Part shown: piece after piece, positions 17,721 through 27,190 of the stretch
How positions within the stretch are numbered: the stretch's first letter is position 1
Layout of the letters: every line of letters begins with the position of its first letter
NCBI GenBank assembly: GCA_045659905.1
Contig: JAZRCT010000003.1
Location: forward strand, 26,037-90,036
Direction of reading: 5' to 3'
Length of the DNA: 64,000 bases
Source of the DNA: Eubacteriales bacterium
Lineage (GTDB): Bacteria > Bacillota > Clostridia > Oscillospirales > CAG-272
Made by a program: the position numbers and the translations under genes
The notes under the pieces: generated by a model
The model's database searches: none
What the model was told of the DNA's origin: nothing
What the model saw: the letters and a program-made list of their open reading frames with translations, nothing else

Positions 17721-18473
17721 ATGGAAAACAAAATTTTAGCTACCGTAGGCGGTATCGCAATCACCGAGGCAGAGGTCAACGAATTTATTATCGGCTTAGG
17801 TCAGAGAGGACAGGGGTATAATTCCCCCGAGGGAAGAAAGATGGTCCTTGAGCAGCTCGTTTCCTCAAGGCTTCTTCTGCTTGATGCAAGACGCAATCTT
17901 ATTGAGGCAGAGGCAGAATTCAAGGCAAGACTTAATAAGGCTAAGGAGAATCTATTGGTAAGCTACGCTGCGGAAAAAGTGCTTGCCGGCGCGCCCGCAG
18001 CTACCGAGAGCGAGGCTCGCAAATATTACGACGAGAACCCCGAGCAGTTCAAGAGTGGCGAGAGCGTAAACGCAAGCCACATTCTCGTAGACACCGAGGA
18101 TACAGCAATTAAAATTCTTGAAGAAATCAAGGCTGGTAAAATTTCATTCGAGGATGCTGCGAAGGAATATTCGACCTGCCCCTCCAAGGAAAACGGCGGC
18201 TCGCTCGGCGATTTCACAAGAGGACAGATGGTGCCTGAATTTGATGCGGCAGCATTCTCTATGGAGGCAGGTACAATCAGCGAGAGCCCCGTCAAGACAC
18301 AGTTCGGCTACCACTTAATCAAGCTTAACTCAAAGACCGAAAGCACCGTAGTTGCCTTTGACGAGATAAAGGAGGGCGTTAAGAATATGCTTAGCGAGGA
18401 CAAAAAGCGCCGCGCGCTCGATTCCAAGCTCAATCAGCTTAAAATCCTCTACCCCGTTGACTACACGCTTTAA
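17721..18473 (+). CDS. parvulin-type peptidyl-prolyl cis-trans isomerase (PrsA/SurA-like, no obvious signal peptide)
   Basis: Parvulin motifs ASHILV and FGYHLIK. The start is set at ATG 17721, preceded by an AGGAGA RBS. Confidence 0.75.
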   Translation: MENKILATVGGIAITEAEVNEFIIGLGQRGQGYNSPEGRKMVLEQLVSSRLLLLDARRNLIEAEAEFKARLNKAKENLLVSYAAEKVLAGAPAATESEARKYYDENPEQFKSGESVNASHILVDTEDTAIKILEEIKAGKISFEDAAKEYSTCPSKENGGSLGDFTRGQMVPEFDAAAFSMEAGTISESPVKTQFGYHLIKLNSKTESTVVAFDEIKEGVKNMLSEDKKRRALDSKLNQLKILYPVDYTL

Positions 18474-19219
18474 TGACGGATACGGAGCCTCTTGCAAAGC
18501 GCTTCCGTGAGCTGGCTAATAAAGGGGAAAATTATTTCACCTTCACCGACTTTCTCGGTCTTAGCGAGCAATCGGTATTAAAATCGGCGCTTTCGGATTT
18601 TTCTCAGAGCTACACGCTTTTCGGCGGCGCTTTGGGCTGTGAGCGTGTTATGGCACGCTTCGGCTCGCAAAAAGAGCTTGGATATGAGGAAAATTTCCCG
18701 ATAAGAATCATAGAAATATCACCGAAGAGCGAAAAATTCGCAGAGCGGCTGACACACCGTGATTATCTCGGCGCAATACTCAATCTCGGTATTGAAAGGG
18801 ATATTCTCGGAGACATTATCATTCGTGAATACAAGGCTTACCTATTTATAAAAGAGGATATGCTTGACTTCGTGATAGACTCACTTACGAGAATAAGGCA
18901 CACCGAGGTCATCCTTAAGGAAGTAACCGAGCTTCCCGAAGGCGAGCTTTTCAGGACTAAGCGTATAAAAATTCAGGCAAACGGCGAAAGAGTTGACGCC
19001 GTAGTGGCAAAAGTATTCTCGCTCTCAAGAGAGGATTCGTCACTGCTCTTCAAGCGTGGACTTATATTTATAAACGGCACTGAGTGCCTGTCGGTATCAA
19101 AGACGCTACGTCCCTCGGATATTGTGTCTGTGAGAGGCTATGGAAGATTCATATACTGCGGCTACGAATCGCTCTCAAGAAAGGGCAAGCTGAATATAGA
19201 TATAGACCTTTATATATAG
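18473..19219 (+). CDS. YlmH-like RNA-binding (S4 domain) protein
   Basis: 248-aa ORF with YlmH-like N-terminal region and a C-terminal S4-like segment. The start overlaps the upstream stop (TAATG). Confidence 0.55.
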   Translation: MTDTEPLAKRFRELANKGENYFTFTDFLGLSEQSVLKSALSDFSQSYTLFGGALGCERVMARFGSQKELGYEENFPIRIIEISPKSEKFAERLTHRDYLGAILNLGIERDILGDIIIREYKAYLFIKEDMLDFVIDSLTRIRHTEVILKEVTELPEGELFRTKRIKIQANGERVDAVVAKVFSLSREDSSLLFKRGLIFINGTECLSVSKTLRPSDIVSVRGYGRFIYCGYESLSRKGKLNIDIDLYI

Positions 19220-19393
19220 AATCGAGCTAAAAGGCTTATTTTTTCAAAAATGGTAGTTTTCGTGCCGTTTTTGGCAAAATAAGCCTTGTTTAATATAATA
19301 TTTCAAATAACGAACCGTTTTAAAGACTTCATTTACAAAAAAGCTGGTCGTTCGGTAAGCTCGGCTAAAAATGGTATTTATCAAAGAAAAAAA

Positions 19394-19424
19394 GCAGAAA
19401 ACAATAGAGTTTTCTGCCTTTTAC
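19394..19424. terminator. bidirectional terminator between convergent ylmH-like and HAD genes
   Basis: GCAGAAAAC / GTTTTCTGC hairpin, with an A-run before and a T-rich tract after. Confidence 0.55.
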
Positions 19425-19469
19425 TTATTTTAGGTCGCTTCTTTGGCATTCGCTTCAAAAATGCCTTTT

Positions 19470-20126
19470 TTATAAGAGATTTATAATTTCTGAGGGATGG
19501 GCTATCAGTACGGAAGCTCCCGCCGAGGAAAGCTCCTCCCCATCACGGAAGCCCCAGAGGACACCGACGTTAAGTCCTGCTCCGTAATTTTTAGCAGTGG
19601 CGGCGTCGACGGCGGTATCACCGAAATATGCGCTCTCACTCGCACTGACTCCGAGTATGCTCAAAATTTCGTTTACTGCATCGACACTCGGCTTAAGCGC
19701 TACACCCTCTCTTGCGCCGAATACCAAATCGAAGGTATCGGGAAAGAATTTGTCGCAAAGCTGCTTTACGGTAGCGTCGGGCTTATTCGAAAGCACCGCA
19801 AGCTTAATTCCCCGAGCCTTAAGCGCAAGAAGCGCCTCGGTAATTCCACCGTAGGGTACTGTAAGCTCGTAGGGATTTGAGTTGTAGCCGTCGACGTAAG
19901 TCTTAGTGATTTCGCCAAGTAATGCATCGCCGTAGGAAAAGCCGCCGTCGGCGTCAAGCGCACGCTTGACGAGCATTTTTGCGCCGTCTCCGACGAAGCT
20001 TCTCGTCTCCTCCCTCGTCACACGGCGCACGCCGTAGAAGGAAAGCACCTCGCAAAGCCTCGCCTCTATCGAGCCTAGGGTATCAAGGAGTGTGCCGTCA
20101 AGGTCGAATATACAAGCCTTTATCAT
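19470..20126 (-). CDS. HAD-IA family hydrolase (phosphoglycolate phosphatase-like)
   Basis: N-terminal DxDGT motif (IFDLDGTLLDT) and 218-aa HAD layout. Confidence 0.8.
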   Translation of the reverse strand: MIKACIFDLDGTLLDTLGSIEARLCEVLSFYGVRRVTREETRSFVGDGAKMLVKRALDADGGFSYGDALLGEITKTYVDGYNSNPYELTVPYGGITEALLALKARGIKLAVLSNKPDATVKQLCDKFFPDTFDLVFGAREGVALKPSVDAVNEILSILGVSASESAYFGDTAVDAATAKNYGAGLNVGVLWGFRDGEELSSAGASVLIAHPSEIINLL

Positions 20127-20140
20127 AATATTCTCCGAAT

Positions 20141-22606
20141 TTAAATCTTAGTAAGTCTAGCATAGGTAGCCATAAGCTTCTTCACGCCCACGCTCGCAAA
20201 TTTAACCTCGTAAAGCACGTCACCGCCCAAATCTCTTGCCGAGAGAATTACTCCCTCGCCAAAAGCGGTATGGCGCACTCTCGTGCCCGCCTCAAATTTC
20301 TTTACGCCGAAGCTCGACGCCGTGGCGTTCTTGGGCTTTGATGCGCCTATGCCTGCGGGGGAACGGGAAAGCTCACTTTTTTTATAATTATTGCCGTATC
20401 CGAAGCCTCCGTTATATCCGCCCGATTTGTTATAGCCGCTATTATATCCGCCACTGCCGTAGCTTCTCTGATATCCCGAAGACGAGGTGCGGTAACCGCC
20501 CTCTTTGACAAGCAGCTTCTCAGGGACTTCCTTTCTTATAAAGGAGGAAAGCATATTGTAGCTGGTTCTTCCGTACATAGTACGGTTCTTCGTGTAGGTG
20601 ATATAAAGCTTATTTTTGGCACGGGTTATGGCGACGTAGCAGAGCCTGCGCTCCTCGCCCATCTCCACCTCGCTCATAATATTCTGCTCGGAGGGGAAAA
20701 TTCCGTCCTCCATACCCGCAATAAACACCGTCGGGAATTCAAGTCCCTTTGCCGAGTGGATAGTCATCATAACCACGGCGTCGGCTTTCTCGTCGTATTT
20801 ATCTATATCGCTGACGAGCGAAATTTCCTCAAGGAAGCCTGCTAGCGTAGCTCCTCTGCCGTCGTCGACGTCCTCCATTCTTACCTCGTACTCGATAGCG
20901 CCCGCTATAAGCTCGTTGATATTATCAATCTTGCCCTCGCCCTCGAAGCCCTCGTTCTTTAGCATTTCTCGGTAACCCGAGCGCTCAAAGAGGTCGCCTA
21001 TAAGCTGTGCGGGCGAATGAACGAGCGGCTTTAAGCCCTCTATAAGCTCGTAAAACGCACGAAGCTTCGGCGCACTCTTTGCAAGCGCCGTATACTGCTC
21101 CGCTCTGCCGAGAATATCGTACATACACACGCCCTCGGATAGAGCTATGCGTTCGACCGCCTCTACCGTAGCGTCTCCGATTTTTCTTTTCGGCTCGTTG
21201 ATAATTCTTTTCAGCCTGAGGTTGTCCTGCTTTGAATTTATAAGCGAAAGGTAAGCCACCATATCCTTGATTTCCTTGCGGTCGTAGAAGCGCTGACCGC
21301 CCAGGATACGGTATGGCACGCCGCTTTTTGCGAAGACCGTCTCAAGCGACCTTGCAAGCTCGTTTATGCGGTAGAGGATAGCAAAATCCGAATATTTTGC
21401 GCCATCGTTCCTTACGCTTTTCGTAATAGTATCAATTATATATTTACCCTCGGAGATAGCGTCCTCGCACTCTCTCAGGGTTATTTTTTCGCCCTCGCCT
21501 CTCTCGCACCAGAGCCTTTTATCGTGACGGATTTGATTATGGCTTATCACCGAATTCGCCGCCGAAAGAATATTCTCGGTCGAGCGGTAGTTCTGCTCGA
21601 GCTTTATTACGGTAGCGTCGGGATAGGTAGTGTCAAAGCCGAGTATATTCTCGACCGTAGCACCTCTGAAGCGGTAAATGCTCTGGTCGTCGTCGCCTAC
21701 AACCATTATATTTCTGTACTTTTCGCAAAGTAACTCGGTGAGGACAAACTGAGCGTAGTTGGTATCCTGATATTCGTCCACTAAAACGTGGAAAAACTTA
21801 TTCTGATAATAATCTCTTACCTCGACGTCACGCTGTAAAAGGTCGACGGTCTTCATTATAAGGTCGTCAAAGTCAAGTGCGGCGCTATCCATCATTTTCT
21901 TCTCGTAAAGCTCGAATACCCGCTTGATATCCTTGCTTCTCGGGTCGCTCGTAATCTCAAAATCCGAAGCGCCGACGAGCTTATCCTTGCTCATACTGAT
22001 TGCGTTGGCGCACACTCTTGGGTTAAGCCGCTTCTCGTCTATTCCGAGCTCCTTCATACAGCTTACAATCATTCGCCTTTTGTCGTCGGTATCGTATATA
22101 GAAAAGCCGTCGATATAGCCAAGCCTTGAGCCGAATTTTCTTAAAATTCTGACGCATACCGAGTGAAACGTGCCAGCCCAGATAGCGTCTGATACCGCTC
22201 TGTCGTTGAAGGTTCTGTCAAGACGGTCCTTGATTTCCTTTGCCGCCTTATTGGTAAAGGTGATAGCAAGCACCGAGTGTGGCTTGCAAGCGCCCGTGGC
22301 GAAGCCCGAAAGCACGGGCTCAATATCGGTAGGCGAAAGAGGCAAAAGCGCCTCAAGAGCCGCTACGGTATCCTCGGTGACGGTGTTGGCAATATATTCG
22401 GAATTATAAGCGTTACCGTACTTGATAAGGTATGCAATGCGGTTGACAAGCACCGTGGTCTTGCCGCTTCCCGCACCCGCAAGCACGAGCAGAGGACCTC
22501 TTGCGCAAAAGACTGCACGCATCTGCTCAGGGTTTAAGTATTGAGAATATACCTTATCAAATAACGCTCTTTTAATTTTTGTGTATTTCGTAGATAAATC
22601 GGGCAT
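20141..22606 (-). CDS. pcrA: ATP-dependent DNA helicase PcrA/UvrD
   Basis: Walker A AGAGSGKTTVL, motif II VDEYQDTN, and a C-terminal Tudor-like domain preceded by a Gly/Tyr/Ser-rich linker. Confidence 0.9.
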   Translation of the reverse strand: MPDLSTKYTKIKRALFDKVYSQYLNPEQMRAVFCARGPLLVLAGAGSGKTTVLVNRIAYLIKYGNAYNSEYIANTVTEDTVAALEALLPLSPTDIEPVLSGFATGACKPHSVLAITFTNKAAKEIKDRLDRTFNDRAVSDAIWAGTFHSVCVRILRKFGSRLGYIDGFSIYDTDDKRRMIVSCMKELGIDEKRLNPRVCANAISMSKDKLVGASDFEITSDPRSKDIKRVFELYEKKMMDSAALDFDDLIMKTVDLLQRDVEVRDYYQNKFFHVLVDEYQDTNYAQFVLTELLCEKYRNIMVVGDDDQSIYRFRGATVENILGFDTTYPDATVIKLEQNYRSTENILSAANSVISHNQIRHDKRLWCERGEGEKITLRECEDAISEGKYIIDTITKSVRNDGAKYSDFAILYRINELARSLETVFAKSGVPYRILGGQRFYDRKEIKDMVAYLSLINSKQDNLRLKRIINEPKRKIGDATVEAVERIALSEGVCMYDILGRAEQYTALAKSAPKLRAFYELIEGLKPLVHSPAQLIGDLFERSGYREMLKNEGFEGEGKIDNINELIAGAIEYEVRMEDVDDGRGATLAGFLEEISLVSDIDKYDEKADAVVMMTIHSAKGLEFPTVFIAGMEDGIFPSEQNIMSEVEMGEERRLCYVAITRAKNKLYITYTKNRTMYGRTSYNMLSSFIRKEVPEKLLVKEGGYRTSSSGYQRSYGSGGYNSGYNKSGGYNGGFGYGNNYKKSELSRSPAGIGASKPKNATASSFGVKKFEAGTRVRHTAFGEGVILSARDLGGDVLYEVKFASVGVKKLMATYARLTKI

Positions 22607-22789
22607 AAAATCCGCCGTCCTTATATGTTTTTTACAATTCGTTGATTTTTTCGTATTTTTTACGACTGTGAAAATTGAATCCTGATTTTACCGCCCTCGC
22701 AAAATCCGCCGTCGGTAAATTTAAAAGCAAGATTTTTTCTTCCGTTTTCAGCCTTTTTCGGTGCTTACGTCGAACTTGATAAAATCGGG

Positions 22790-22921
22790 TTTTCCACGGT
22801 TTTGCAGGTGGAAAAGGTGGAAAACCAAAAGCCGAAAAAGCCGACTTTCAGGCTATGTTGGAAATTTGTTGGTAGTTTTCCCACGGTTATCCACCGTTTC
22901 TTCTATTTACGCTGTGGAAAA
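22790..22921. promoter_or_regulatory. cluster of DnaA-box-like 9-mers
   Basis: TTTTCCACG (22790-22798, +), TTTTCCACC (22807-22815, -), TTTTCCACC (22816-22824, -), TTATCCACC (22887-22895, +), TTTTCCACA (22913-22921, -), plus the weaker TTTTCCCAC (22876-22884). The consensus is TTATCCACA. Confidence 0.5.
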
Positions 22922-23066
22922 CTCATTTTGGGAAGAAACCACCATTTTCCGCTTTTTGACCGATAAAAATGCATTTGTGCGACAAGGCTCGACTTTTTTC
23001 GCCGTTTGGAATTCTGCCTGTAATTTTAAGCATATTTGTTCGTAAAAAATACGCTTAACTTTGTCC

Positions 23067-25130
23067 TTATTTGCGTTTTTTTGACTTTGGAGCTGATTTT
23101 TTGACAGAGCTTCTGCGCTTCGACATTGCATCAGCCTCACGCATAATTCTTGACGCATCCTCGCCGAATATCCGTGAGAGCGCAGAGGAGGTCCGCCTTG
23201 CCGAGCTTCCTCCGTTACCCTTTCCGCCCTTTGTATATCCATTGGATTTTTGCGAGCGTGTGCCGCCTGTCCCTCGGGAAGAATTCTTGCCCTTGGCTCT
23301 CGGCTTGTATTCGTTGCTTTTGCCTTCACCGAAGCCCTGACGCACGAGGCAGTCGGGTGAATTTCCTATCAGGTCCTCACGGCCCGCCAGACGAAGCGCC
23401 TCTCTTACGAGATTTGCATTCTCGGGCTTACCAAACTGAAGCAGCGCACGCTGGAGCTGCTTTTCGTGATAATCCGTCGAGGTGTAAACCTTTCTTTTCG
23501 TAAGCGGGTGAATGCCGGTATAATACATTACGGTAGAAATAGTGCCGGGCGTAGGATAGAAGTCCTGCACCTGCTCGGGCGAATAGCCCCACTTCTTAAG
23601 CCATACCGCCATCTCAACCGCATCGCTTAGCGTTGTGCCCGGGTGGCTTGACATAAGATAAGGTACTAAATACTGCTCAAGATTTGCCTCACGGCAGAGC
23701 TTGAAATACTTTTTGCGGAAGGCTTCAAAGACCTCGACGGGCGGCTTGCCCATCATATTGAGGGCATTTGCGGCGCAATGCTCGGGTGCGACCTTAAGCT
23801 GTCCTGAGGTGTGGTGCGTTACAAGACGGCGGAAAAAGCTGTCGTCCTTATCAAGCATAAGATAGTCAAACCTTATACCCGAGCGGATAAACACCTTTTT
23901 GACGCCCTTGATTTTCTCTATTTTTTCGAGCATATTCATATACTCGGTGTGGTCAACCTTCAAATTTTTGCAGGGGGTTGGCGCAAGGCACTTTCTTGAT
24001 GCGCACACTCCCGATTTCAGCTGCTTATCGCAAGCAGGCGCACGAAAGTTGGCGGTAGGTCCGCCGACGTCGTTTATGTACCCCTTGAAATCCGGCATTG
24101 CCGCAACAAGCTCGGCTTCACGAAGCACGCTTTCCTCGCTTCTTGAGCGCACGGCTCTGCCCTGATGAAAGGCAAGAGCGCAGAAGTTGCAAGCGCCGAA
24201 GCAGCCTCTGTTATGCGTGATGGAAAATCTGACCTCGGTTATAGCCGGTACGCCGCCAAGAGGCTCGTAATCGGGGTGATAGGTCCTTGCGTAGGGCAAG
24301 GAATATACGAAATCCAGCTCCTCCCTCGTAAGCGGCGGCATAGGCGGATTCTGCACTAAAAGCTTATCTCCGTAGCTCTCTACTATCGCCTTACCGCTTA
24401 TCGAATCGGTGTTCTTATACTGCACGGCGAAGGCGTTGGCGTAAGCCTCCTTATCGGATTTAAGCCTGTCGTAATCTCCGACCTCGACCGCCTCGTAATG
24501 AAGCTTCTCGCCTCGGGGCGCAAGATATACCGTACCCCTGACGTCACGTATTTTGCGGATTGGTACACCCTTATCAAGCAGTGCCGCTATACGCCTTAAA
24601 ATGTTCTCACCCATACCGTAGGTTAGCAAATCTGCTCTTGAATCGACCAAAATGCTGCGTCTCACCTTATCGTCCCAATAGTCGTAATGCGCAAAGCGGC
24701 GAAGCGACGCCTCAAGTCCGCCTATTATAATCGGCACGTCGCCGAACGCCTCTCTTATTCTGTTGCAATATACTATAACCGCACGGTCAGGACGAAGTCC
24801 CGCCTTGCCGCCCGGGCTGTAATAATCGTAGGAGCGCTTCTTCTTTGAAACGGTGTAGTGAGCCACCATTGAATCTATATTTCCCGCACTCACAAGGAAG
24901 CCGAGCCTCGGTCTTCCGAACTCACGGAAGGCGTCGCAGCTGCGATAATCCGGCTGGGAAAGTATACCGATGCGATAGCCCTCAGCCTCAAGCACTCTTG
25001 AAATTATGGCAGTACCAAAAGACGGGTGGTCCACGTAGGCATCACCCGTCACGTATACGAAATCGCAGGAATCAAATCCCCGAGCACGCAGGTCCTCTTT
25101 GCATACAGGCAAAAAGTCTTCTCTAGTCAT
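23067..25130 (-). CDS. ygiQ: YgiQ-family radical SAM protein (UPF0313) with basic C-terminal tail
   Basis: N-terminal [14 protein letters not shown] and radical SAM CxxxCxxC (CFGACNFC). The start is set at ATG 25130, preceded by a GGAGGAG RBS. Confidence 0.85.
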   Translation of the reverse strand: MTREDFLPVCKEDLRARGFDSCDFVYVTGDAYVDHPSFGTAIISRVLEAEGYRIGILSQPDYRSCDAFREFGRPRLGFLVSAGNIDSMVAHYTVSKKKRSYDYYSPGGKAGLRPDRAVIVYCNRIREAFGDVPIIIGGLEASLRRFAHYDYWDDKVRRSILVDSRADLLTYGMGENILRRIAALLDKGVPIRKIRDVRGTVYLAPRGEKLHYEAVEVGDYDRLKSDKEAYANAFAVQYKNTDSISGKAIVESYGDKLLVQNPPMPPLTREELDFVYSLPYARTYHPDYEPLGGVPAITEVRFSITHNRGCFGACNFCALAFHQGRAVRSRSEESVLREAELVAAMPDFKGYINDVGGPTANFRAPACDKQLKSGVCASRKCLAPTPCKNLKVDHTEYMNMLEKIEKIKGVKKVFIRSGIRFDYLMLDKDDSFFRRLVTHHTSGQLKVAPEHCAANALNMMGKPPVEVFEAFRKKYFKLCREANLEQYLVPYLMSSHPGTTLSDAVEMAVWLKKWGYSPEQVQDFYPTPGTISTVMYYTGIHPLTKRKVYTSTDYHEKQLQRALLQFGKPENANLVREALRLAGREDLIGNSPDCLVRQGFGEGKSNEYKPRAKGKNSSRGTGGTRSQKSNGYTKGGKGNGGSSARRTSSALSRIFGEDASRIMREADAMSKRRSSVKKSAPKSKKRK

Positions 25131-25145
25131 TAGCTCCTCCAAAAA

Positions 25146-26387
25146 TCAAAGCGTAAAACCGTCTATTTCCACCTCGGTCTGCTCACCCGTGGTCATATCA
25201 CGTAGCATAGCACGTCCCGAATCTATCTCGCTGTCGCCTATGATAAGCGTGCGCTTTGCGCCGATTTTGTTGGCGTATTTCATCTGCGCCTTAAGGCTTC
25301 TTGATACGATATCGCACTCGCAAATCATACCCGAGGCTCGCAGTCTTTCTACGATACCGAGCGCCTTTATCTGCGCCCTCTCGCCAAGCGCCGCTACGTA
25401 AAGCTCGGGAAGCGCCCTCTCGACCTCGGCAACGCCTGCCTCCTTCATAGCGAGAATTACTCTGGTAATGCCCATACCGAAGCCGATTCCGGGAAGCGCA
25501 GGACCGCCAAGTCCCTCAACGAGACCGTCATATCTTCCACCGCCGCATACGGTGGACTGAGCGCCGATACCCTCGGCAATAAATTCAAACACCGCACCCG
25601 TATAATAGTCAAGTCCTCTTACTATCGAGGAATCAACCTCGTACTCAATGCCCATAGAATCAAGAGATGCCTTAAGCATTTCAAAGTCCTTAGCGCAGGC
25701 GTCGCAAAGGTGCGAAACCGTCCTCGGCGCATCCTTGGCAATATTATGACAGTCGGGATTCTTGCAGTCAAGAAGACGCAGAGGGTTCTTTAAAAGACGG
25801 CTCTTGCAGTTGTCGCAAAGCTTGTCCTTACGTCCGTCAAAATAAGAAACGAGTGCCGAGCGGTACTGCGGTCTGCATTCCTTGCAGCCTATTGAATTTA
25901 TGTGAAGCTTAACGTTCTTAAGTCCAAGTCTCTTAAGCACCGAATTCGCAAGCGCTATCGCCGTTGCATCAGCAGCGGGGCTTTTCGAGCCGAACATCTC
26001 CGTGCCGAACTGGAAGAACTCACGGCTTCTGCCCGCCTGAGGTTTCTCGTGGCGGAAGCAGGAAATTATATAATAAAACTTAAGCGGCATAGTGTCGGAG
26101 CACTTACCGTTCTCAATAATAGCTCTCGCTACCGACGCCGTACCCTCGGGGCGCAAAGAAATCGAGCGGTCCTCCTCCTTGTCAACGAAGGTATACATTT
26201 CCTTTTGCACGACGTCGGTGGTGTCGCCAACGCCTCTTACGAAAAGATCGGTGCTCTCAAAGGTAGGAGTCCTTATCTCGCCGTAGCCGTATTTCTCCGC
26301 CTCCTCACGCATAACTCCCTCAATATAACGAAAAAGCGGAGTCTCGTCGGGAAGTATATCCATAGTGCCTCTAATTTTCTGTATCAT
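25146..26387 (-). CDS. hisS: histidine--tRNA ligase
   Basis: Class II aaRS motifs (RGTMDILP, LRPEGTA). The start at ATG 26387 has a GGGAGA RBS and overlaps the end of mrnC. Confidence 0.9.
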   Translation of the reverse strand: MIQKIRGTMDILPDETPLFRYIEGVMREEAEKYGYGEIRTPTFESTDLFVRGVGDTTDVVQKEMYTFVDKEEDRSISLRPEGTASVARAIIENGKCSDTMPLKFYYIISCFRHEKPQAGRSREFFQFGTEMFGSKSPAADATAIALANSVLKRLGLKNVKLHINSIGCKECRPQYRSALVSYFDGRKDKLCDNCKSRLLKNPLRLLDCKNPDCHNIAKDAPRTVSHLCDACAKDFEMLKASLDSMGIEYEVDSSIVRGLDYYTGAVFEFIAEGIGAQSTVCGGGRYDGLVEGLGGPALPGIGFGMGITRVILAMKEAGVAEVERALPELYVAALGERAQIKALGIVERLRASGMICECDIVSRSLKAQMKYANKIGAKRTLIIGDSEIDSGRAMLRDMTTGEQTEVEIDGFTL

Positions 26388-26784
26388 CTTCTTTATCTCC
26401 CTTATTTTCACATGCGACCGAAAGCAATTCCTCAATCCGTCCCTCGTCGCCAAGATATTCAAGCATTCCAATAATCGCCTCAAAGCCCGTAGCCACTCTG
26501 TAATCCTTGCCCGATGCGTGCTTTGGCTTATTTAAGTGGGTGGAATTAAAGGCTCGTCTATATACCTCACGCTCACTCTCGGTAAGCATATTTTCAATGC
26601 GAAGATAGGCTCTTGCCTGAGCCTCTGCCGTGACGAAATCAAGCGAAAGTCTATTAAGCTCACCCGAGCGCACCGCTCCGTAAGAGAGCAGAAGCTTACG
26701 CACGAAAAGCGAATGTCTTGCATCGCCTATATACGCCAGCGCCAAAACCGGCGGCAAGGACGCCTGATTGATTATATCTGCCAT
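26371..26784 (-). CDS. mrnC: Mini-ribonuclease III
   Basis: LAYIGDA signature and size (about 137 aa). GGGGGA RBS lies 5 nt before ATG 26784. Confidence 0.8.
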   Translation of the reverse strand: MADIINQASLPPVLALAYIGDARHSLFVRKLLLSYGAVRSGELNRLSLDFVTAEAQARAYLRIENMLTESEREVYRRAFNSTHLNKPKHASGKDYRVATGFEAIIGMLEYLGDEGRIEELLSVACENKGDKEDDTEN

Positions 26785-26836
26785 CAAATCCCCCATAAAA
26801 GTCGTCGGTTACCCCCGACGCTCATTCGACTATATA

Positions 26837-26865
26837 ATTATATCAAAGCTTTATCCTAAAATCAA
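26837..26865 (-). promoter_or_regulatory. sigma-A type promoter of mrnC-hisS
   Basis: On the minus strand: TTGATT, 17-nt spacer, TGa-TATAAT. Confidence 0.6.
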
Positions 26866-27190
26866 GAGATATATCTAAATTAAGATTTAAGATTTACAAT
26901 CTAAAACATTTGTTTATAGCTGTTTGTGGCGATGCCACAAGCTCAAGTCCTGTCAATCCGCCCCAAAATTCCGCAGAAATTGCCCATTGGCGAGCGAGAG
27001 ATATACGAGGGTACGCCGAGCGAGGAAACGGCAACAAAACAGAGCGCCTATAAAAAAGAGAAAACCGCAGGCTTGACCTTTGATTTTCTCTTATGAGCTT
27101 TGTATTTTTGGCAGAGGCGCTTTGTTCTTGCCTCTGCTATATTTGTTTTACTCAGTAAATACTAAATGCAGTATCCCCTTCGTACTGTTT

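Noticed and set aside
22761-23329. ORFs 22761-23045 (+) and 22907-23329 (-) in and next to the pcrA / ygiQ spacer.
   Set aside because: They have no RBS. One overlaps the 3' end of ygiQ antisense, and the other spans the DnaA-box cluster. The translated sequences show no protein-like motifs.
26797-26836. T-box-like sequence GGGGGTAACCGACG on the minus strand just upstream of mrnC-hisS.
   Set aside because: The predicted promoter (-10 at 26837-26842) leaves a leader of only about 40 nt. That is far too short for a T-box, which needs roughly 200 nt with a specifier loop. The string is part of a small CGTCGG/CCGACG hairpin next to the RBS.
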